NCBI GenBank assembly: GCA_964498725.1 | Contig: CAZCHS010000002.1 | Coordinates: 513-64,512 of the forward strand | DNA length: 64,000 nucleotides | Direction of reading: 5' to 3' | From: an uncultured bacterium | GTDB lineage: Bacteria > Fidelibacterota > UBA2242 > JAFGTP01 | Part shown: positions 58,561 through 64,000 of the stretch, piece by piece | Layout of the letters: every line of letters begins with the position of its first letter | Position numbering within the stretch: the first letter of the stretch is position 1 | The notes under the pieces: model-generated | The model's input: the letters and a program-made list of their open reading frames with translations, nothing else | Told to the model about the DNA's origin: nothing | Databases searched by the model: none | Made by a program: the position numbers and the translations under genes

Positions 58561-60480
58561 ATGAGAACTTGTGTATATTTATTATTCAGTTTATTAATAG
58601 TGTTTGGTGGCCTGTCAGCCCAGGAATTTCCGCCGCCAAATGTTGACTTTAAATATCATCAAATCAATAATGTTAAGTTTGCTGTCGGCAATACCGGGAA
58701 TAATGATGCGACTTATTATGGGATTTCCGGCTATAGTTATTCTTTGGTTTATCCGACATCCAGCAATAATTCCTTTTTAGCGTGGAACGGCTTTTGGCTG
58801 GGCGCCCTGGTTGGTGGTGATACGCTAGCCAGTATCTCCGGCGCTTATGATTCACAGGGATCACCCGGTGGCAGTATCCATGAATTCGCTCCTAAGCGTG
58901 ATGAGAATCATGTACTTTATACCTCGAATATATTTGAAAAACAGAATCCGGAAATTGATCCGAATACCATGGCTACTTTCTTTGATGATAATGGACTGCT
59001 GTCAGATGATTATTATCCGATTTCTCACGAAGACATCATTTGCCAGTATTATGATAATAAAGTGACAAAAGAAACACCGGAAGCGCCGGATATTTTCCGG
59101 TTGCATGAGCCGATGAATGCCCATATTATTCAACGGTCATATGCCTGGTCAAACGAATGGTATGAAAATATTATTTTTGTCGATTATTTTATTATCAATG
59201 AACATGATTCCAGCTGGAAAGATGTTTATTTTGGTGTTTATTCCGATCCACACAGTGGTGACTTCAGTAAAGGTGTAACTATCAGCGATGATCTTTCCTA
59301 TTGGGATGAAGCCGGCAAGTTTATGGTCCAGGGAGACAATGTTGGTACCGGTGGTGATGATTTTCCCAATAATGAACTGATCGGCTGGAATGTCCTGGGG
59401 ATATCCAAACCCGGTGAAAGTGTTACGGTAAGCGGATTGAATAACCGGTTTTGGAGCTGGGAACATGGCCCCAAAGATCCTCATACCAATGGTGATTATT
59501 ATCGTGAAATGTCCAAAAATGAAATAGACCGAACCTATACGGATGAGACAACCGGCAGCATGCGCGGACTGTTTGCCAAAGGTCCTTATCCGGAGCTCGC
59601 ATCCGGTGATACGATTCGGATTACCATCGCCCTGGCGGGTGGGGCCGGAATCGATGATCTCCGCGCAAATATGAAAAATGCAAGGTCCTTATATCGTGCC
59701 GGTTTTCAGGTACCCAAATCACCCAATCCGCCAAAATTTAAATTAGAACCTGTTGACAAAGGTGTCAGGATTGATTGGAAATGGTACGATGATTATGAAG
59801 GCCATAAACCGGAAGAATCCATTGACAATTCCAGGAATGACGGCATTACCAAAGATTTTGACGGCTTTCGTATTTATCGTAGTGAAAAAAGTGAATATGG
59901 CCCCTGGGAATTAATTGCCCAGTATGACAGTATTAACGGTTCCGGGTATGATTCTGGCCTCCGGTATTCAATTGTTGACGAGGGACTGAAAAATGGTTTG
60001 CGGTATTACTATTCGGTTACCTCTTTTGATATGCGGGATGATAGTTCGGGCATTGGTCCCCTGGAATCACCACGAAATTACCTGGTAAAATCCACCATGC
60101 CCGGCCCGACGCCTGAAAGTTCCGATGAAGCGGAAGTATTTGTGGTACCAAATCCCTATCGTGCCGACGTCGATTATTCCTCCAATCCCCAGTGGGAATT
60201 TCCAACCCAGGATTTGCGAGACGACTGGTATGAAATTGACAGAAGAATCGCTTTTATGAATCTCCCTGCTCATTGTAAGATTCATATATTTACGATTAAT
60301 GGGATCAAAGTCAACACACTCGACCATAACAGGGAACTTAAAGGCCATAATATTGCCGGCTGGAATCTGCTTAACAATAATAATCATGCTGTTGGAAGCG
60401 GCGTTTATTATTTTGTAGTGGAAGGAACAGAGAGTGATAAGGGATTTAAACAGGTCGGTAAATTTGTAATTGTAAAATAA
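58561..60480 (+). CDS. Secreted protein of unknown function with an atypical T9SS-CTD-like C-terminus
   Basis: Signal peptide 'LLIVFGGLSAQ'. The C-terminal ~110 aa read 'VFVVPNPYRADVDY...KIHIFTINGIKVNTL...GSGVYYFVVEG...GKFVIVK'. Confidence 0.5.
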   Translation: MRTCVYLLFSLLIVFGGLSAQEFPPPNVDFKYHQINNVKFAVGNTGNNDATYYGISGYSYSLVYPTSSNNSFLAWNGFWLGALVGGDTLASISGAYDSQGSPGGSIHEFAPKRDENHVLYTSNIFEKQNPEIDPNTMATFFDDNGLLSDDYYPISHEDIICQYYDNKVTKETPEAPDIFRLHEPMNAHIIQRSYAWSNEWYENIIFVDYFIINEHDSSWKDVYFGVYSDPHSGDFSKGVTISDDLSYWDEAGKFMVQGDNVGTGGDDFPNNELIGWNVLGISKPGESVTVSGLNNRFWSWEHGPKDPHTNGDYYREMSKNEIDRTYTDETTGSMRGLFAKGPYPELASGDTIRITIALAGGAGIDDLRANMKNARSLYRAGFQVPKSPNPPKFKLEPVDKGVRIDWKWYDDYEGHKPEESIDNSRNDGITKDFDGFRIYRSEKSEYGPWELIAQYDSINGSGYDSGLRYSIVDEGLKNGLRYYYSVTSFDMRDDSSGIGPLESPRNYLVKSTMPGPTPESSDEAEVFVVPNPYRADVDYSSNPQWEFPTQDLRDDWYEIDRRIAFMNLPAHCKIHIFTINGIKVNTLDHNRELKGHNIAGWNLLNNNNHAVGSGVYYFVVEGTESDKGFKQVGKFVIVK

Positions 60481-60489
60481 ATAGGACAA

Positions 60490-61473
60490 ATGATGAAACC
60501 AGGACAATCAAAAAATATGTATAGAAGTATCAAGTCAATATTTATCGTGTTTCTGCTATTTGTTGGTTTTCGTTCATTGAGCGCACAGACTTATGATAAA
60601 CCCGGGAATACAGCCTGCCCATTTTTGAAAATGTCGCCAACGCCGCGGGGAGAAGCCATGGGGGCAGCCTCAATTGCAATCGTTGATGACGCCGGCGCGG
60701 TCTTTTCCAATCCGGCCGGTCTAATGAATATCAGTGGCGGAGATATAGATGTGGGAAGAACCAGTATGCCGGCCGGCATCAGCCTCTCTTATTTAAGTGT
60801 TGCAAAGAAATTCGGGCATCATGCTATAGGTCTGTCAGTGCTGGGATTTGGCACTGATGATATGAAAGTGCGCACTGTACTCCAGCCGGAAGGAACAGGG
60901 GAGACATTTTATGTGGGGCATTATGCCTATGGTCTTACCTATGCCCGAAACTATACCGACAAATTTAAAGTCGGATTTACGGGCAAACTGTTGAATTTGA
61001 ACATGGTTTCCGGGGTTTTTAACGAAGTCTCCTGGTCCGGTGATATCGGCTTGCAGTATCATTCCGATTTGCCGGGAATGTTGACAGGCACCATCATCGC
61101 TGTCAGTATCCGCAATTTTGGGCCGCAGATCACCTATGTTAGCGAAGGTTACGGCTTACCACTGATCTATACGATCGGTGCTGCCAAACCTATTGAAAAC
61201 GTAATAACAGATAATGATAAACTATATATCGCCATCAACTGGAATAAAAGTGTGGACGAACAGGAAAAAGCCCAGATCGGGCTGGAATATAATCTGAAAA
61301 ACATGGTTGCACTCAGGTGCGGTTATAAGTTCGGCGGTGGCGAACAGGGGCTGACTTTTGGAGCCGGTCTATCAACCAATGTAATGTCGAGAACACTGAG
61401 ATTTAATTATTCCTATACACCTTTCGGTCTGATCGGTGATATACAAAAATTTTCATTAGGATTTTCCTTCTGA
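60490..61473 (+). CDS. PorV/PorQ-family outer-membrane beta-barrel protein
   Basis: Signal peptide, then 'CPFLKMSPTPRGEAMGAASIAIVDDAGAVFSNPAGL', the family-defining N-terminal motif. Alternating beta pattern to a C-terminal 'FSLGFSF'. Confidence 0.7.
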   Translation: MMKPGQSKNMYRSIKSIFIVFLLFVGFRSLSAQTYDKPGNTACPFLKMSPTPRGEAMGAASIAIVDDAGAVFSNPAGLMNISGGDIDVGRTSMPAGISLSYLSVAKKFGHHAIGLSVLGFGTDDMKVRTVLQPEGTGETFYVGHYAYGLTYARNYTDKFKVGFTGKLLNLNMVSGVFNEVSWSGDIGLQYHSDLPGMLTGTIIAVSIRNFGPQITYVSEGYGLPLIYTIGAAKPIENVITDNDKLYIAINWNKSVDEQEKAQIGLEYNLKNMVALRCGYKFGGGEQGLTFGAGLSTNVMSRTLRFNYSYTPFGLIGDIQKFSLGFSF

Positions 61474-61529
61474 GAAACAAAACGAAAGTAAGTGGTAATT
61501 TTAATTTTAAAAGGGAGGCAAAGAAAACA

Positions 61530-63911
61530 ATGTTACAAAAGTTTTCAAAACTCACAATTTTAACATTCGTAATGATGGCCATTACGTCAATTTCCTTTGG
61601 AGGATTGATGGAAATTGGTGATGTTGTCATGGATTACGGTTTCGAAACTGACCAGCCCATCGACAGTTTAGACTGGGTTAGTACAGCAGCCTGGGGTATC
61701 AATGATTATGCGCCTGATACCGTATTTTGGCAGGGTGACACCCTGATCAAAAATGTTGATTTTGATGCATCTGATATTGATTCGGTCGCGATTGTGTCCG
61801 ATGAATATCATACCGGTGCCAAATCACTTTTCTTAACCAATGTGACGGATACGATCATGACCTATTCAGTTGCCGGATTTGCCCTGCCGGATACTTTGGA
61901 AATGGGAGCGGAATTCAAATTAACCTTCTGGACCAAATATGAAATTGAAGAAGGAGAAGCCGATTACCGCCAGGGATTTTACGGCGAGGACATTGAACAA
62001 ACATGGACCGGCCTGAGTGATGGCTGGGAAAAAGTGGAAATTGAATCCCAGTGGATGGGCGGTCTGATGATTTCCTTTGGATTTATGGGAAGAGGAAAAG
62101 TCTGGATCGATGATGTAAAATTGGAACAGACCGGTGAACAACCAACTGATTTGGCTAATAATGGGTTTGAAGAAGCCGATCCCACCAATGATTTTGCCCC
62201 TAATAATTGGTATACAGCCATGAGCATCATTGGTTATGCCAATGATGGTGAAGACAGCCTGAATTATGCTTATGTTGATGGCGAAGGCGTAAATGGTTCC
62301 AAAGCTGTAAAATTTGTCCATAATATCGACGATACCAGCGAAGTGGGTTGGTTAGGTTGGTGCCAGGATTTTCCAATGTTCCCGGACAATATTTATGAAG
62401 TCAGCTGTGATGTAAAAATTTCTCACATGTATCAGCAGGAATTACAATTTGCCCAGGGCTGGTATTATGTGGAAGCGCCATTGATCAATGAAGAAGACGA
62501 GAGACTGGACGAATCCGGCAGTACTGACGGCTGGATTACACTAAAAGACACTGTTTTTTATCCCAGTCAGCCATCCGATAACCTGCAGAATATTTTCAGA
62601 TTGGAACTGAACGGATCTCCGGTGCTGCATCCTGATTCATTATTGGAAGTTTGGGTCGATAATGTTCGGTTTAAAAATCTGGGAAAAGCTCCCGGTATGA
62701 TCAATAATGATTACAAAGTAACCAAAAATGATGATGGTACTTATAATATTTATCTTGACGGTGAAACAGGTATATCATACAATCTGACAAAAGAACCGTT
62801 GGAATGGACAGCAGAAGAAAACCTCTTGTCCAATCCTTCTTTTGAAGAAGCTGATTCTACCGGCGCACTTGCTAATTGGTCAAAATATGATGAAGCCACC
62901 AGTGAACCTGAAAATTTTGATGTGGCTTATATGGAATGGCTGCCGCCAGACCAGGGCTTTGGTATTGACGGCTCCGGTGCTGTCTACATTGGACCGGAAG
63001 ATCCTGATAATCAGGACAAAGGCATTTGTGCGACATGGGGTCAGTATTATCCGTCCGATAGCCAGTTAATGGACAAATCTGATATTTATCTTTACAGAGT
63101 GATGGCCAATTATACAGATGTTGAACTGGCAGCTGACAGATCACCAAAAGTATTACCCTCTGATAATCAGACAATTTTTGACAGAGATCCTTCTCCGGAA
63201 GATTCACTGAATATTGATGGCGTCTATATCTTTCCAAGATATTATCATGATACCTTTCATATCAATGCTGAATTTTTCCCCACCAATTATGGCTATGATA
63301 AAAAGTATGGCACCAGTGATGGTTGGGAAGAACAGGCCTATCCGCTGGTACCGGCTGGATGTTTCTGGTCACACTGGGGACATTATTTCCAGGTGGGTAT
63401 TGGCAGTGATTATCCCAGCAAACTTCCTTGTTACGGAGAAGTTTTCTTTGATGATGCCGCTATTGTTCCTTTTCAGGAATTTCAGTCCGGCCTGGGATCA
63501 ACCATTGAAAATCTCGAAGTACCCGAAGGTACAAAATGGTTAGGTGTTTACGGTGAAAACTCAGCCGGTTTCAAAGGTACGGCTACAGTGATCTATCTGG
63601 ATACTGCCGAAGTTTCTGTTGCTGTGGATGAAGAAAAATTCGCCCGCCAGTTCAAACTGGAACAGAATTATCCGAACCCCTTCAATCCTACAACACAGAT
63701 TACCTATTACTTACCGAAACATGAAGTTGTTAATCTTCACATTTATGACATTTTGGGACGCGAAGTCACTAAACTTGTTAAAAACAAACCAATGACCGCC
63801 GGTGAACATCAGGTAAAATTTGATGCTTCCACCCTGGCCAGTGGCGTTTATTTTTACAAGATACAGGCCGGTGAACACACCGCTATTAAGAAAATGATGT
63901 TGTTAAAATAA
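61530..63911 (+). CDS. T9SS-secreted protein with three CBM4/9-like jelly-roll modules and a canonical Por_Secre_tail
   Basis: Modules open with 'YGFETD', 'NGFEEAD' and 'PSFEEAD', and close with 'VWIDDVKL', 'VWVDNVRF' and 'VFFDDAAIV'. CTD is 'LEQNYPNPFNPTTQITYYLP...LHIYDILGREV...SGVYFYKIQAG'. Confidence 0.75.
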   Translation: MLQKFSKLTILTFVMMAITSISFGGLMEIGDVVMDYGFETDQPIDSLDWVSTAAWGINDYAPDTVFWQGDTLIKNVDFDASDIDSVAIVSDEYHTGAKSLFLTNVTDTIMTYSVAGFALPDTLEMGAEFKLTFWTKYEIEEGEADYRQGFYGEDIEQTWTGLSDGWEKVEIESQWMGGLMISFGFMGRGKVWIDDVKLEQTGEQPTDLANNGFEEADPTNDFAPNNWYTAMSIIGYANDGEDSLNYAYVDGEGVNGSKAVKFVHNIDDTSEVGWLGWCQDFPMFPDNIYEVSCDVKISHMYQQELQFAQGWYYVEAPLINEEDERLDESGSTDGWITLKDTVFYPSQPSDNLQNIFRLELNGSPVLHPDSLLEVWVDNVRFKNLGKAPGMINNDYKVTKNDDGTYNIYLDGETGISYNLTKEPLEWTAEENLLSNPSFEEADSTGALANWSKYDEATSEPENFDVAYMEWLPPDQGFGIDGSGAVYIGPEDPDNQDKGICATWGQYYPSDSQLMDKSDIYLYRVMANYTDVELAADRSPKVLPSDNQTIFDRDPSPEDSLNIDGVYIFPRYYHDTFHINAEFFPTNYGYDKKYGTSDGWEEQAYPLVPAGCFWSHWGHYFQVGIGSDYPSKLPCYGEVFFDDAAIVPFQEFQSGLGSTIENLEVPEGTKWLGVYGENSAGFKGTATVIYLDTAEVSVAVDEEKFARQFKLEQNYPNPFNPTTQITYYLPKHEVVNLHIYDILGREVTKLVKNKPMTAGEHQVKFDASTLASGVYFYKIQAGEHTAIKKMMLLK

Positions 63912-63926
63912 TATTCTTATCCAAAA

Positions 63927-63958
63927 AGCAGGGGGAACTGCCGATCCTCCTGCTTTTT
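63927..63958 (+). terminator. Rho-independent terminator closing the seven-gene locus
   Basis: AGCAGGGGGA / 8-nt loop / TCCTCCTGCT followed by T5. Confidence 0.75.
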
Positions 63959-64000
63959 AACTTTTATCCAACAACGGAGAAAAATTGTTAAAACGAGCTA

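Noticed and set aside
1-64000. CRISPR arrays, rRNA genes, IS elements/transposases, toxin-antitoxin pairs and known defence systems
   Set aside because: Reading both strands, I found no regularly spaced direct repeats, no rRNA-like conserved stretches, and no DDE/tyrosine/serine recombinase or nuclease/helicase motifs. This is a visual scan only, so short or degenerate elements could be missed.

Overview
This 64-kb chromosomal segment is almost fully coding, with about 57 protein genes, two tandem tRNA-Ser genes and several hairpin terminators. I saw no rRNA, CRISPR array, transposase or integrase.

Lineage (inference only): type IX secretion (T9SS) C-terminal sorting domains and a PorV/PorQ-like barrel point to the FCB superphylum. 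Clear Shine-Dalgarno motifs before most genes and a MotAB stator argue against classical Bacteroidia. Something like Ignavibacteria, Calditrichota or Marinimicrobia is my guess.

Housekeeping backbone:
- mutM
- tilS-hpt-ftsH-folP-cdaA
- prfB-lysS; the ORF track misses the programmed +1 frameshift in prfB
- two lolC/E-type permeases plus lolD
- clpC, dnaK, hisS

Less ordinary content, in my order of interest:
1. 7747-9915: an AmgK-like anomeric sugar kinase fused to a RapZ C-terminal domain, followed by a MurU-like nucleotidyltransferase. A GalT-branch HIT protein and a Cof phosphatase lie nearby.
2. 52266-63911: a seven-gene co-directional envelope locus. It encodes three lipoproteins, a CarboxypepD_reg TonB-dependent barrel, two T9SS-CTD cargo proteins and a locus-encoded PorV/PorQ-like barrel. 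No SusD or recognisable enzyme is present.
3. 2692-7590: a pseudo-receiver + receiver + PPDK_N ATP-grasp protein with no swivel-His domain, next to a hybrid kinase.
4. 25714-28764: a translationally coupled HTH / receiver-HD-GYP (HD changed to HE) / MotA / MotB operon.
5. 13040-17827: a three-gene membrane operon (degenerate spermidine-synthase-like polytopic protein, orphan protein with a CorA-like tail, MFS transporter).
6. 17993-25467: an amino-sugar island (nagA, ROK regulator, nucleotidyltransferase, Na+/solute symporter, GALK2-like GHMP kinase).

All functional calls rest on motifs read by eye. No database search was run.
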